In this document: positions 10,894 through 21,321 of the stretch, piece after piece
Numbering within the stretch: the stretch's first letter is position 1
How the letters are laid out: each line of letters begins with the position of its first letter
DNA from: Escherichia phage vB_EcoM_WFK
Direction: 5' to 3' (one strand)
Sequence record: MK373775.1
Length of the DNA stretch: 64,000 nt
Translations under genes and position numbers: made by a program
The notes under the pieces: generated by a model
What the model saw: the letters and a program-made list of their open reading frames with translations, nothing else
Databases searched by the model: none
What the model was told of the DNA's origin: nothing

Positions 10894-11388
10894 TTATGGA
10901 TATGTATAGATGATACCAGTTTCCAAAGCAGTTTTATGGATGATGTATCCATTACGTGATTCTTGAACATCAACTTCTGGATAGTCTTTCATCATCTTCT
11001 GAAGCGTATAACGATGCAAGTAATACTTACTATCTGGATCTTCAGTTTTCCAATCTTTACCTTCTTCAGTCATTTTTTGGATTTCATCCATAACCCACCA
11101 ACCGCACCAGATGTAAGCTGAAGTACGATGTGGAAGAGGATGAACATAAGGTAATTCACCTTCTGGAACTGTATTTGTTGCAACTACTTTAATAGTCTTT
11201 TGACCGGCAGGTCCTTTTAGTACATAACTAAAAGTTGCTTCAGCTCCATCTTGCGGAACATCATCTACAGACCAAGCATATGTAATAGTTCCACCTCCAG
11301 TTTCACCACCGGGAGTAGCAGTAAACTGCTTAGTCTCATCTATAACTCCAGTAGGTGTTTTAGGAGTTATATCAACTGTAAAAGCCAT
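10894..11388 (-). CDS. hoc: Hoc-like outer capsid protein, short form (single Ig-like domain)
   Basis: 164 aa; Ig-like segment; synteny between 24.x and inh; much shorter than T4 Hoc. Confidence 0.4.
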   Translation of the reverse strand: MAFTVDITPKTPTGVIDETKQFTATPGGETGGGTITYAWSVDDVPQDGAEATFSYVLKGPAGQKTIKVVATNTVPEGELPYVHPLPHRTSAYIWCGWWVMDEIQKMTEEGKDWKTEDPDSKYYLHRYTLQKMMKDYPEVDVQESRNGYIIHKTALETGIIYTYP

Positions 11389-11397
11389 AAGTTATCC

Positions 11398-12066
11398 TTA
11401 TTTTAATGTTACGAAAGAAGAATTACGAGTTTCACGAATTAGAACTGATCCATCGCGATTAATATAATAAATTAAGCTAAATAATGTTTGGTGAGCAGAA
11501 GCGTGCACAAAACTGGTTGGGCGAGATTTCCAATCTGGGGTTTCGGCTATCCATTGATAAATCCACCAAGGAACAGTAACATATCCTGGGCCTTTGCCTA
11601 ATTTAATGAGTGTAGGACTAAAATTTTCAGGCAGAACAAATTTTACTTCTTTATTTACCTCTGGATCAGGCTCTTTTTCAGATTCAACAACCTGAGTAAT
11701 TGCTTCTTCGAATTTATCATGGTCGAATTCTTTTTCTTGTTCGACAACTTCTAATACTTCAACTTGTTCTGTTGGAGAATCAAACAACAGAATAGCTTCT
11801 TCTTTAACTTCTTCGTTGGTGAAATTAACACCGTCCACATCATCTGCGGCAGTAATTAAATCGGTGATAGATAATCCATCGGTTTCAGGTAATGGTTCAT
11901 CAGCCAGTGCGTTAAGAGCTTCTTCGATATCAATAACAATATTATCGAATGATTTTGTTTTCTTAACACTAATGCCAAATTGTTTCGCATATTCGAACAG
12001 TTTAGCTTTGGCTTCCTTTTTATCAGAAAGAGCACGTAACTCTTCAATATAGTCTTTATCGATCAT
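11398..12066 (-). CDS. inh: Inh-like protein (inhibitor of prohead protease), acidic
   Basis: 222 aa acidic protein; synteny next to uvsW. Confidence 0.4.
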   Translation of the reverse strand: MIDKDYIEELRALSDKKEAKAKLFEYAKQFGISVKKTKSFDNIVIDIEEALNALADEPLPETDGLSITDLITAADDVDGVNFTNEEVKEEAILLFDSPTEQVEVLEVVEQEKEFDHDKFEEAITQVVESEKEPDPEVNKEVKFVLPENFSPTLIKLGKGPGYVTVPWWIYQWIAETPDWKSRPTSFVHASAHQTLFSLIYYINRDGSVLIRETRNSSFVTLK

Positions 12067-12079
12067 GGTATTTCCTCAT

Positions 12080-12087
12080 TATAAATA
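12080..12087 (+). promoter_or_regulatory. late promoter TATAAATA (uvsW)
   Basis: Exact TATAAATA 30 nt upstream of ATG. Confidence 0.6.
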
Positions 12088-12116
12088 TAACTATATTTAT
12101 TACATGGTAATTTGAC

Positions 12117-13631
12117 ATGACTGACATTAAAGTACATTTTTATGATTTTAGTCACGTGCGCATTGAATGCGACGAAAGTACGTTTTACGAACTTCGTGAC
12201 TTTTTTAGCTTTGAAGCTGACGGGTATAAATTTAACCCAAAATATCGCTATGGGAACTGGGATGGTAGAATTCGACTTTTAGATTACAACCGTTTGTTAC
12301 CATATGGACTTGTAGGACAAATAAAAAAGTTCTGTAGCAATATGAGTTATTCTGTATGGATTGACCCTAAAATCTTTGAGACCGAAGACCTTACCAGAGA
12401 AGATTTTGACGCATGGCTTTCTAAACAAGAAATTTATTCAGGCAACGCCAAAATCGAACCACATTGGTATCAAAAAGATGCAGTATATGAAGGACTAGTT
12501 AATCGTCGTCGAATTTTAAACCTTCCGACATCAGCAGGTAAATCACTAATCCAAGCACTTTTAGCTCGATATTATCTAGAGAATTATGAAGGTAAAATTC
12601 TCATTATCGTCCCTACAACAGCATTGACAACCCAGATGGCTAATGATTTTGTTGATTATCGCTTGTTTAGTCATTCGATGATTAAGAAAATTGGCGGTGG
12701 TGCTGATAAAGCAGACAAATCTAAAAACGACGCTCCAATTATTGTTGGCACATGGCAAACAGTAGTTAAGCAGCCTAAAGAATGGTTCTCTCAGTTCGGT
12801 ATGATGATGAACGATGAATGCCACTTAGCAACAGGCAAAAGTATTTCTTCAATCATCGCAGGATTAAATAATTGTATGTTTAAATTCGGTTTATCTGGCT
12901 CATTAAGAGACGGAAAAGCCAATGTAATGCAGTACGTAGGTATGTTCGGCGAAATCTTCCGTCCTGTTAGCACGTCTAAATTAATGGAAGACGGACAGGT
13001 AACTGAGCTTAAGATTAACAGTATTTTCCTTCGTTATCCGGACGAATTCACCGTTAAATTAAAAGGTAAAACATACCAAGAAGAAGTTAAAATTATTACC
13101 GGACTAAAACGACGTACAAAGTGGATTGCTCAACTTTCAGTCAAATTGGCTAAGAAAGACGAGAACGCCTTTGTAATGTTTAAACACGTTACACATGGTA
13201 AAGAAATATTTGAAGCTATTAAAGAGCTTGGATACGAAAAAGTTTATTACGTATCGGGTGAAGTTGATACTGAAACACGTAACGCGCTTAAAGTCATGGC
13301 AGAAAATGGTAAAGGCATTATTATTGTCGCATCATATGGAGTATTCTCTACTGGTATTTCAGTCAAGAATCTTCATCATGTTATTTTCGCTCATGGTGTT
13401 AAATCAAAAATTATCGTACTTCAAACCGTAGGTCGCGTACTTCGTAAGCATGGTTCTAAAGCTGTTGCTACAGTTTGGGATCTCATCGATGACGCAGGTG
13501 TAAAACCTAAATCATTAAATACTAAAAAGAAGTATACTCATCTTAATTACTTGTTAAAACACGGTATTGATCGTATCCAACGTTACGCTGATGAGAAATT
13601 TAACTATGTAATGAAAACAATTAATTTATAA
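12117..13631 (+). CDS. uvsW: UvsW RNA-DNA and DNA-DNA helicase
   Basis: 504 aa; Walker A PTSAGKS and DECH box; late promoter upstream. Confidence 0.9.
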   Translation: MTDIKVHFYDFSHVRIECDESTFYELRDFFSFEADGYKFNPKYRYGNWDGRIRLLDYNRLLPYGLVGQIKKFCSNMSYSVWIDPKIFETEDLTREDFDAWLSKQEIYSGNAKIEPHWYQKDAVYEGLVNRRRILNLPTSAGKSLIQALLARYYLENYEGKILIIVPTTALTTQMANDFVDYRLFSHSMIKKIGGGADKADKSKNDAPIIVGTWQTVVKQPKEWFSQFGMMMNDECHLATGKSISSIIAGLNNCMFKFGLSGSLRDGKANVMQYVGMFGEIFRPVSTSKLMEDGQVTELKINSIFLRYPDEFTVKLKGKTYQEEVKIITGLKRRTKWIAQLSVKLAKKDENAFVMFKHVTHGKEIFEAIKELGYEKVYYVSGEVDTETRNALKVMAENGKGIIIVASYGVFSTGISVKNLHHVIFAHGVKSKIIVLQTVGRVLRKHGSKAVATVWDLIDDAGVKPKSLNTKKKYTHLNYLLKHGIDRIQRYADEKFNYVMKTINL

Positions 13632-13644
13632 GGGCTTCGGCCCT
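13631..13644 (+). terminator. stem-loop between uvsW and uvsW.1
   Basis: AGGGC-ttcg-GCCCT overlapping uvsW stop. Confidence 0.4.
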
Positions 13645-13656
13645 TAGGAGATAAAA

Positions 13657-13890
13657 ATGGTACTTGAATTTAAACAATTTTTATACGAAGCATCTATTGA
13701 CGAATTCATGGGTAAAATTGCTAGTTGTCATACCTTAGAAGGGCTTGAAGAATTGGAAGCTTATTATAAGAAACGTATAAAAGAAACGGAATTAAAAGAT
13801 ACAGATGATATTTCTGTCAGGGATGCCTTAGCAGGTAAGCGTGCCGAACTTGAAGGCGACGATGATGAGGATGAGGAAGAAGACTTCTAA
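13657..13890 (+). CDS. uvsW.1: UvsW.1-like small acidic protein
   Basis: 77 aa directly downstream of uvsW; acidic C-terminus. Confidence 0.65.
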   Translation: MVLEFKQFLYEASIDEFMGKIASCHTLEGLEELEAYYKKRIKETELKDTDDISVRDALAGKRAELEGDDDEDEEEDF

Positions 13891-13947
13891 TTAAAAAAAG
13901 GCCCTTCCAAAAAGGTCGGGCCAAAACCATAGGCAAAAAAGGTAACA

Positions 13948-14115
13948 CTATAGTAAAAGTTTGGTTTCGTTCAATTGCTCTTCTGAACTTTCTGAAACCG
14001 GCATTTGTTGGACATAATTATAACAAGGCCCAGGATGTGCTGGACCTTTGTCTGTTTCAACAACCAATACAGAATCGATTGGAGTTTTACAGACAACACA
14101 AATCTTATCTGACAT
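13948..14115 (-). CDS. hypothetical Cys-rich small protein (uvsY.-2 position)
   Basis: Start set at internal ATG preceded by AGGAGA and late promoter; CxxC..C motif. Confidence 0.45.
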   Translation of the reverse strand: MSDKICVVCKTPIDSVLVVETDKGPAHPGPCYNYVQQMPVSESSEEQLNETKLLL

Positions 14116-14140
14116 GATTGTCTCCTTTTGAATATAGTAA

Positions 14141-14148
14141 TATTTATA
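14141..14148 (-). promoter_or_regulatory. late promoter TATAAATA (minus strand)
   Basis: Reverse-complement TATAAATA followed by AGGAGA and ATG at 14115. Confidence 0.5.
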
Positions 14149-14238
14149 AACCCATTTTAATCCGCATTTCTTGTACACGGATTAAGCAAGCTTCCATCTC
14201 TGCTAATAGTCGAAATACTTCTTTATAATCTGTCATAT

Positions 14239-14466
14239 TTACCCCATATCTCTCATATGCATATCAATGCCCATATCTTTTGTATAAAAATACTCGTCGA
14301 TGTACCCAGCAAACTTCCCTTTAATATAAAGGACGTCTTCACCACAGGGGTGGTCTGCCAGGATACGAATATCCTGACGTCGTAGACGATACTTTTCCAT
14401 TAAGAATTTAATTTCAGTTTCAAATTCTTCATCATTATTAAAGGCATCTTCAATTGAATAACGCAT
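14239..14466 (-). CDS. hypothetical protein (uvsY.-1 position)
   Basis: 75-aa ORF abutting uvsY stop. Confidence 0.5.
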   Translation of the reverse strand: MRYSIEDAFNNDEEFETEIKFLMEKYRLRRQDIRILADHPCGEDVLYIKGKFAGYIDEYFYTKDMGIDMHMRDMG

Positions 14467-14879
14467 TATTGTCCCGCTTCAAATTCTCGCATATCTTGAA
14501 TATGTTTAAGTGCAAAACTACGAGACTTGACTGCATCAAGTGCACCACTACAGAACTCAAGTAAAATTCCCCAGTATTGTAAAGTAGTCTCTATTTTAAG
14601 CACATCTTTATCTGCGGCCAGGACAGTTTTCATTTCAGATTTCTCATATCGGTCCATACTGAATTCATCACCGTCACCTCGTCCCGAGTAGTAGTCTAAT
14701 CTTGCTTTTAGAGCAGTTTTCTTCTGAGTCTCTATACGCAACATTTCTTTACGAATAAATGAGTGCTTACGTAGCCATTTGCTGTATAACTTAACATTAT
14801 TCGCCGTCTCGTATTGCAACTTTGTCGTATCAATAGCTAAGTCTGCGTCTAACTCTTCCTGTAAATCTTCCAGCTTCAT
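14466..14879 (-). CDS. uvsY: UvsY recombination mediator
   Basis: 137 aa from internal ATG (MKLEDLQEEL...); near-identical to T4 UvsY; MotA-type promoter upstream. Confidence 0.9.
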   Translation of the reverse strand: MKLEDLQEELDADLAIDTTKLQYETANNVKLYSKWLRKHSFIRKEMLRIETQKKTALKARLDYYSGRGDGDEFSMDRYEKSEMKTVLAADKDVLKIETTLQYWGILLEFCSGALDAVKSRSFALKHIQDMREFEAGQ

Positions 14880-14934
14880 AATGTTCTCTCTTTTAACTAA
14901 TAATCTCCCGGCTGTATCGGAAGGACCTAAAACC

Positions 14935-14959
14935 ATTATACATAGGTTGCCTTGAAGCA
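14935..14959 (-). promoter_or_regulatory. MotA-dependent middle promoter candidate (uvsY)
   Basis: MotA box TGCTTCA 12 nt upstream of TATAAT. Confidence 0.5.
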
Positions 14960-15358
14960 TTACACTCTATTGCTTGAAGCCAACTGAAGTTTAATTTGTT
15001 CAATATCGTCAGGGTTGTCTACGACCGAAAATCTAATCTCTACTATAACCGTATAGTCATCATATACTGGCGTTACACTTACAGAAAGTTTGTCGATGCG
15101 TGGCTCATAGTTACGAACAGCTGCCTGGATATTACGCTCAATCGTATCGGCTGTAAGTGGTGTCATGTTCTCGAAAAGTTCATCGACCAAATCACATCCA
15201 AATTCAGGGTCGAAGGGGCGTGAGCCTTTTCTAGTTGTCACTATGCCAAGAAGACTATTTTTAATAGAACGAAGTCCTACAGAACGAGCAACGTCCTTGT
15301 TCCAATCCATACGCATTTCTGGGTCGATATCTGAATAAAGTTTATTGATATTAGACAT
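14960..15358 (-). CDS. 25: baseplate wedge protein gp25
   Basis: 132 aa, same as T4 gp25; synteny. Confidence 0.9.
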   Translation of the reverse strand: MSNINKLYSDIDPEMRMDWNKDVARSVGLRSIKNSLLGIVTTRKGSRPFDPEFGCDLVDELFENMTPLTADTIERNIQAAVRNYEPRIDKLSVSVTPVYDDYTVIVEIRFSVVDNPDDIEQIKLQLASSNRV

Positions 15359-15984
15359 TATAGTAACTCAAAGAATTCTTTGAGGCCTCGTATTGTGTGA
15401 ACGTGTGACGCCCCACATTTGGGACATTTAATAGGGGTTGCTAGATAAATTGACGGTGATACTAAAAGATTTTTAATATTGATCATGTCATCTTCCGTTA
15501 TAAGGCCATAAAGGTCGTTTATTTCTGCTTCAGTTAAATCTTCAACAGGGATGGACTCTCCATTGACAAAAACGGCCTCAATACATGAAGCAATCATTAA
15601 TGCGATATTTTTATCGTCAAATAATTTAGGTTGACGGAACTTAATTTTAATACCACTGAACGAATACCAGGGATCGGCCTGTTCATCTAATTGAGTGTGC
15701 AATAAATTCATATAGACTTGAAATGAATGCCCACAGGAACAATTCCAGGTGTGTTCTTGATTCACTTCACCTAATGAATGGGCCCACAGATTTACCAACA
15801 ATAACTCGGCTTCTTGTTTAGTCAAGTTTTTAGCGTTAGAACAATTAGTGATAATATTGTTCACTGCGGATTCAATAGTACCGGTAGCCCGCGCACCTAT
15901 GAGTCCTAAATATTCTTTTAAAGTAAAGGCTCTACAATTCACTTCTTTATCGCCTAAACGTACGGTAAACGTATATTTGTACAT
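15358..15984 (-). CDS. 26: baseplate hub protein gp26
   Basis: 208 aa; divergent from gene 51 with shared late promoter region. Confidence 0.85.
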   Translation of the reverse strand: MYKYTFTVRLGDKEVNCRAFTLKEYLGLIGARATGTIESAVNNIITNCSNAKNLTKQEAELLLVNLWAHSLGEVNQEHTWNCSCGHSFQVYMNLLHTQLDEQADPWYSFSGIKIKFRQPKLFDDKNIALMIASCIEAVFVNGESIPVEDLTEAEINDLYGLITEDDMINIKNLLVSPSIYLATPIKCPKCGASHVHTIRGLKEFFELL

Positions 15985-16002
15985 GTTAACTCCTTTATTG
16001 TG

Positions 16003-16010
16003 TATTTATA
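16003..16010 (-). promoter_or_regulatory. late promoter TATAAATA for gene 26
   Basis: TATTTATA on plus strand; overlaps divergent gene 51 promoter. Confidence 0.55.
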
Positions 16011-16014
16011 AATA
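16007..16014 (+). promoter_or_regulatory. late promoter TATAAATA for gene 51
   Basis: Exact TATAAATA 18 nt upstream of ATG. Confidence 0.6.
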
Positions 16015-16031
16015 ATAGAAAAGGAGTAATT

Positions 16032-16784
16032 ATGGCTAATATAATTCGTTGTAAATTACCGGATGGTGTTCATCGTTTTAAGCCGTTCACCGTGGCGGAT
16101 TATAGAGACTTTTTACTAGTTAGAAATGATATCGAACATCGTTCGCCACAAGAACAAAAAGAAATAATTGCCGATCTGATTGATGATTATTTTGGCGAGT
16201 ACCCTAAAACATGGCAACCATTTATATTCCTGCAAGTTTTTGCAGGCTCTATAGGCAAAACAAAAGTTCCCGTTATTTTCACTTGCCCTAAATGCTCTAA
16301 AGAAAAAACTGCGCCATTTGAGATATATCAAAAAGAACTAGTCGAACCTGAACTTGATGTTGCTGGTATAAAAATACGTTTTTCTTTCCCTGAAAAGTTT
16401 TATGACAACAAAGCATTAATGATAAGTGAAAACATAAAAGAAATATATTATAATGATGAATGGTACCCATGGAATGATTTGACTGAAGAGAACCAAATCC
16501 AAGTAATAGAAGCAATAGACATTGACTCACTCGAGAAGGTTATTGCTTCTATGAACCCTATTAATTTGACCCTTAGATTAGGTTGTTGTGAACGTCATGT
16601 TAAAACATATACTGATATCTTAGAGGTTTTTAAATTGTTAGTTAACCCTGATGAGATTTTTACATTCTATCAGATAAACCATTCACTAGTAAAGAGTCAA
16701 TACACATTGGATTCTATTATGCAAATGATTCCTGTTGAACGTGGTATTGCTTTAACATTAGTAGAAAAGGACCATAAAAAATGA
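16032..16784 (+). CDS. 51: baseplate hub assembly protein gp51
   Basis: 250 aa; late promoter; synteny. Confidence 0.85.
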   Translation: MANIIRCKLPDGVHRFKPFTVADYRDFLLVRNDIEHRSPQEQKEIIADLIDDYFGEYPKTWQPFIFLQVFAGSIGKTKVPVIFTCPKCSKEKTAPFEIYQKELVEPELDVAGIKIRFSFPEKFYDNKALMISENIKEIYYNDEWYPWNDLTEENQIQVIEAIDIDSLEKVIASMNPINLTLRLGCCERHVKTYTDILEVFKLLVNPDEIFTFYQINHSLVKSQYTLDSIMQMIPVERGIALTLVEKDHKK

Positions 16785-17953
16785 CAGTATTCCAACGTCC
16801 AGGATATCCTAACTTAAGCGTTAAATTATACCAAGATTATTCAGCTTGGCAAGAAAATAGATACGTTGAACTCGCGGCAACAATAACAACTTTAACCATG
16901 CGAGATTCGTTATATGGAAGAAATGAAGGGATTCTTCAATTTTATGACACTAAAAACATCCACACTAAAATGGATGGTAGACAGATAGTCCAAATCTCTG
17001 TTTCAAATTCAAACACACCTCTCCAAGTTAGAACTCGAATTTACGGATGCAGACATTATTCTGTGTCTGTGGACTCAAAAGGTGACAATATTATTGCAAT
17101 TGAGCTTGGAACAATACATTCTATAGAGAACCTTAAATTTGGGCGTCCATTCTTCCCGGATGCAGGCGAATCTATACGTGAAATGTTAGGTGTCATATAC
17201 AAAGACCGTGCGTTAATTACTCCGCCAATAAACACTATTAATGCTTATGTTCCTGATATCCCTTGGACAAGCACATTTGATGATTATTTGGCATATGTCA
17301 GAGAATTAGGACTTGCTACAGCGAGTGATAAGTTCGTATTCGTATGGCAAGATATTTTAGGCGTAAACATGATTGACTACGATACTCTTATTGGTCAGGA
17401 AGGCATTAAGATGATTGTAGGTGAGCCAAATACTGTAGGTCAGTATATTCAAGAGCTTGAGTATCCATTAGTATGGGATTTTACCTGGATGACTAAAGCC
17501 AACCAATTTACAAGAGACCCTATTAAAAACGCCACGATATTCGCTCATTCATTTTTAGATACATCTATTCCGGTTATTGTTACAGGCGATGGTGATAATG
17601 CTATTCTTGTGTCAAGATCCGGTGGATATTCCGAAATGACCTATCGTAATGGATTTGAAGAAGCAAGTCGTCTTCAGACAATGGCTCAATATGACGGATA
17701 TGCTAAATGCACTACTACAGGCAATTTTAACATAACGCCTGCTACTAAAATTATATTTGTTGACCAAAAGAACCAATTCAAATCCGAATTTTACGTAGAT
17801 GAAGTTATTCATGAGTTATCAAATAACAACTCACAAACTCATCTGTACATGTTTACCAACTCAATGGTGTTAGAACCTGTTAACCCAGTTAAGGTTAAAA
17901 ATGAACTTAAATCTGATTCTACCTCTAAAGAAAATAATTCTACCACAGTCTAA
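16781..17953 (+). CDS. 27: baseplate hub protein gp27
   Basis: 390 aa; synteny. Confidence 0.9.
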   Translation: MTVFQRPGYPNLSVKLYQDYSAWQENRYVELAATITTLTMRDSLYGRNEGILQFYDTKNIHTKMDGRQIVQISVSNSNTPLQVRTRIYGCRHYSVSVDSKGDNIIAIELGTIHSIENLKFGRPFFPDAGESIREMLGVIYKDRALITPPINTINAYVPDIPWTSTFDDYLAYVRELGLATASDKFVFVWQDILGVNMIDYDTLIGQEGIKMIVGEPNTVGQYIQELEYPLVWDFTWMTKANQFTRDPIKNATIFAHSFLDTSIPVIVTGDGDNAILVSRSGGYSEMTYRNGFEEASRLQTMAQYDGYAKCTTTGNFNITPATKIIFVDQKNQFKSEFYVDEVIHELSNNNSQTHLYMFTNSMVLEPVNPVKVKNELKSDSTSKENNSTTV

Positions 17954-18434
17954 TAAAAAGGTAATGATTCCTAAATTAGGGCTCAAACATTATAATCTTT
18001 TAAAGGACGTTAAAGGCCCTGATGAAAACATGAAAATCTTAGCTGATTCTATTTGTAAAAATATGAGTCCCGCAGATTTTGATTTTGCATGTCTACACAT
18101 ATTGGAATTTAATAACAAACTTAAGTCTGAAGTTGAAAAAGATGGATTCACTTATAAACTAGATGACGTCTATGTATGCCAACGAACAGAATTCCAATTC
18201 CAAGGTAATACTTTTTATTTTAGACCCCCAGGCAAATTTGAACAATTCGCTACAATCAGTGAAATGCTATCAAATTGCTTAATAAAAGTTAATGACGAAG
18301 AGAAAGAAATTTCTTTCCTTGAGATGCCTGCTTTTGTAATCAAATGGGCAGAAGACCTTTCGACAACTATTGCTATTCCAGGCCCTAATGGTCCTATTAA
18401 GGGTATAGCAGAAATTATTGGATTGCTTGAATGA
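17901..18434 (+). CDS. 28: baseplate hub distal protein gp28
   Basis: 177 aa; overlaps end of gene 27. Confidence 0.8.
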   Translation: MNLNLILPLKKIILPQSNKKVMIPKLGLKHYNLLKDVKGPDENMKILADSICKNMSPADFDFACLHILEFNNKLKSEVEKDGFTYKLDDVYVCQRTEFQFQGNTFYFRPPGKFEQFATISEMLSNCLIKVNDEEKEISFLEMPAFVIKWAEDLSTTIAIPGPNGPIKGIAEIIGLLE

Positions 18435-20203
18435 AACCTGAAGAAATGAAATCCATGCGTAGAAATAAGGTCATTGCCGATAATAAACCACAAAAAGTAG
18501 CTGCAACAGCAGCTACCGATTCATTAGAAGCATTGAATGACATTTCATCAAAACTAGACGATGTCCAAGCCGCGTCTGAACTCACATCACAAAGTGTAGA
18601 AGATAAAGGCAATGGAATTATTGAATCAATTGGAGACTTAAAGAATTCGACAGATAATACTGCTGAAGGCACAGAGCTTATCGCAGAAGTTATTGAAAAA
18701 CAAACTGAAGTCACTAAAAGTATAAACGAAGTTTCTAGTGCAATAAGCTCTAAGTTAGACCGATTAGCTACATTATTAGAGCAAAAATTACAAACATCTA
18801 CCGCTATTCAAAATACAGGAGGCACCTCTCTTGAAGTAATTGAGAACGCAATACCTGTTAAAGTTGTTGAGAATGAAACTTCTGATGAGCTGTTTAAAGC
18901 ATTCCCTACACCTGAAAAGATTGATAATAAGCCAGACGAAGATTTCTTCCCAGCACCGGTTCAAGAAAGTGCTAATTCTACTTCTGATTCTAAAGGCGGA
19001 ATTAGCTTTAAATTGAGCGATAAAATTGCAATGCTCACCAAAACAGTTCAAGCCGGGTTTAATAAATCAATATCAATTTCAGACAGAATTGCTGGAATGC
19101 TTTTCAAATACACTATAACGGCTGCTATTGAAGCAGCAAAAATGGCCGCACTTATTCTTGGTATTGTTATCGGTATTGATTTATTGATAGTCCATTTCAA
19201 ATATTGGACAGACAAGTTCACTTCTGCCTGGGATTTATTTGATGAAAACTTTACTAAATTCTCTGATGAAGCTAAAGAGTGGGGTAAATTCTTAAGTGAT
19301 ATATTCACTTCTATTGACTCTATAAAACAATTGTGGGAAGCTGGAGACTGGGGTGGTTTAACCGTTGCTATTGTCAAAGGTGTAGGAACAGCATTAATGA
19401 ACTTAGGTGAACTAATTCAATTAGGAATGGCTAAACTCTCTGCGTCTATATTGCGTGCTATAGGTTTTGGCGATACCGCGGACGAAATAGAAGGACGTGC
19501 TTTAGAAGGATTCCAAGAAACTACTGGGAACAAATTAAAGAAAGAAGACCAAGAGAAAGTCGCTAAATATCAAATGAAACGTGACGATGGGGAATTAGGA
19601 ACCGTTTCTAAAGGTCTTGATATGTTACAACGCGGCAAAACATTCGTTACTAACTGGGTTCGTGGTAATGACAATAAAGAAGAGTTTAGTACAAGCGATG
19701 AGCGTGCTGCGGAATCAGCAAAATTAAAAGAGTTACCTGAAGAGGAGCGTAAAGAGGCGTATATAAAAGCTAATGAAACTCGTGCGGCACTGGTTAGATT
19801 TGAGGATTATATCGATAAAATCGATATGACTAACCCAGAAAATGCTAAAAACGTCGAGAAGTCTTATGCTGATTTAAGTAAACTTATTAAAGACCCTGAA
19901 CTTAATAAAACTCCTGCTGTTAAAAAGGAAATAGATGCTAGATTTGAAAAGCTAAATAATAAAATGGCTGAAGCCAAAAAGGCTCAGACAACAGTTAAGC
20001 CTGAATCTTCGTCTAAATCTCCGGAAGCAAAACAAGTTCAGTCAATAGAGAAAGGACGTGCTTCTGAATCTAAACAACAGCAACCGGTAGCGGCGATTAG
20101 TAACACAAATAATGTCGTCAAAAAGAATACCGTAGTCCAGAATATGACCCCTGTAACAAGTACAACGGCTCCTGGAATTTTCCATGCCACCGGTGTTAAT
20201 TAA
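18431..20203 (+). CDS. 29: tail tube tape-measure / baseplate hub protein gp29
   Basis: 590 aa, same as T4 gp29; synteny. Confidence 0.85.
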   Translation: MKPEEMKSMRRNKVIADNKPQKVAATAATDSLEALNDISSKLDDVQAASELTSQSVEDKGNGIIESIGDLKNSTDNTAEGTELIAEVIEKQTEVTKSINEVSSAISSKLDRLATLLEQKLQTSTAIQNTGGTSLEVIENAIPVKVVENETSDELFKAFPTPEKIDNKPDEDFFPAPVQESANSTSDSKGGISFKLSDKIAMLTKTVQAGFNKSISISDRIAGMLFKYTITAAIEAAKMAALILGIVIGIDLLIVHFKYWTDKFTSAWDLFDENFTKFSDEAKEWGKFLSDIFTSIDSIKQLWEAGDWGGLTVAIVKGVGTALMNLGELIQLGMAKLSASILRAIGFGDTADEIEGRALEGFQETTGNKLKKEDQEKVAKYQMKRDDGELGTVSKGLDMLQRGKTFVTNWVRGNDNKEEFSTSDERAAESAKLKELPEEERKEAYIKANETRAALVRFEDYIDKIDMTNPENAKNVEKSYADLSKLIKDPELNKTPAVKKEIDARFEKLNNKMAEAKKAQTTVKPESSSKSPEAKQVQSIEKGRASESKQQQPVAAISNTNNVVKKNTVVQNMTPVTSTTAPGIFHATGVN

Positions 20204-20211
20204 GGATTATT

Positions 20212-21321
20212 ATGATTAGTGTAAAAGAAATAGTAGTAGATGCAAAGGATTTAAATAAAGCGATACCAGTCACAGAAAGTGCTGGGCAAAGCACTAAAAC
20301 CGAAACAACTACTAAAACTTATGTTGCTCAATTTCCTACAGGAAGAGCAGCCGGAAATGACTCCACAGGAGACTTCCAGGTAACAGACCTTTATAAGAAT
20401 GGATTATTATTTACCGCGTACAATATGTCTGCACGCGATTCAGGATCCCTCAGGAATTTACGTCCGGCGTATGCCGGGACTTCATCTAATGGTATCATAT
20501 CAGATTTAACTGATAACGTGAAAGATGCAGTGACTAAATTCTCAAATGGCTTGCTTCCTGCCGGAGCTAATAAGTCTACTATAAACAAAACTCCTGTTGC
20601 TAATATACTTTTGCCACGTTCCAAATCTGATGTTGATACAACTTCACATCGTTTTAATGATATCGGTGATAGCCTTATTACTAAAGGTGGAGGTACTGCT
20701 ACGGGTGTTTTAAGTAACATTGCTTCTACTGCAGTTTTTGGTGCATTAGATTCTATTACTCAAGGGCTTATGGCTGATAATAACGAACAGATTTATACGA
20801 CTTCTCGTAGTATGTATGGCGGTGCTGAGAACCGTACTAAAGTCTTTACATGGGATTTAACTCCACGTTCAACTGAAGACCTTATGGCTATTATAAACAT
20901 TTACCAGTATTTTAACTATTTCTCATATGGTGAGACCGGTAAATCACAGTACGCCCAAGAGATTAAAAGTTATTTAGACGAATGGTACCGTTCAACGTTT
21001 ATTGAGCCTATGACGCCAGATGATGCAGTAAAAAATAAGACATTGTTTGAAAAGATTACTGCGTCATTAACAAATGTATTAGTTGTAAGCAACCCTACAA
21101 TTTGGATGGTTAAAAACTTTGGTTATACGTCTAAATTTGATGGATTAACTGACGTATTTGGTCCATGCCAAATTCAAAGCGTACGTTTTGATAAAACTCC
21201 AAATGGACAATTTAATGGTCTTGCTGTTGCTCCTAACTTACCATCAACATTTACGTTAGAGATAACAATGCGAGAAATTATTACATTAAACCGTTCTTCA
21301 CTTTATGCGGGGACTTTCTAA
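20212..21321 (+). CDS. 48: baseplate-tail tube junction protein gp48
   Basis: 369 aa; synteny. Confidence 0.85.
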   Translation: MISVKEIVVDAKDLNKAIPVTESAGQSTKTETTTKTYVAQFPTGRAAGNDSTGDFQVTDLYKNGLLFTAYNMSARDSGSLRNLRPAYAGTSSNGIISDLTDNVKDAVTKFSNGLLPAGANKSTINKTPVANILLPRSKSDVDTTSHRFNDIGDSLITKGGGTATGVLSNIASTAVFGALDSITQGLMADNNEQIYTTSRSMYGGAENRTKVFTWDLTPRSTEDLMAIINIYQYFNYFSYGETGKSQYAQEIKSYLDEWYRSTFIEPMTPDDAVKNKTLFEKITASLTNVLVVSNPTIWMVKNFGYTSKFDGLTDVFGPCQIQSVRFDKTPNGQFNGLAVAPNLPSTFTLEITMREIITLNRSSLYAGTF

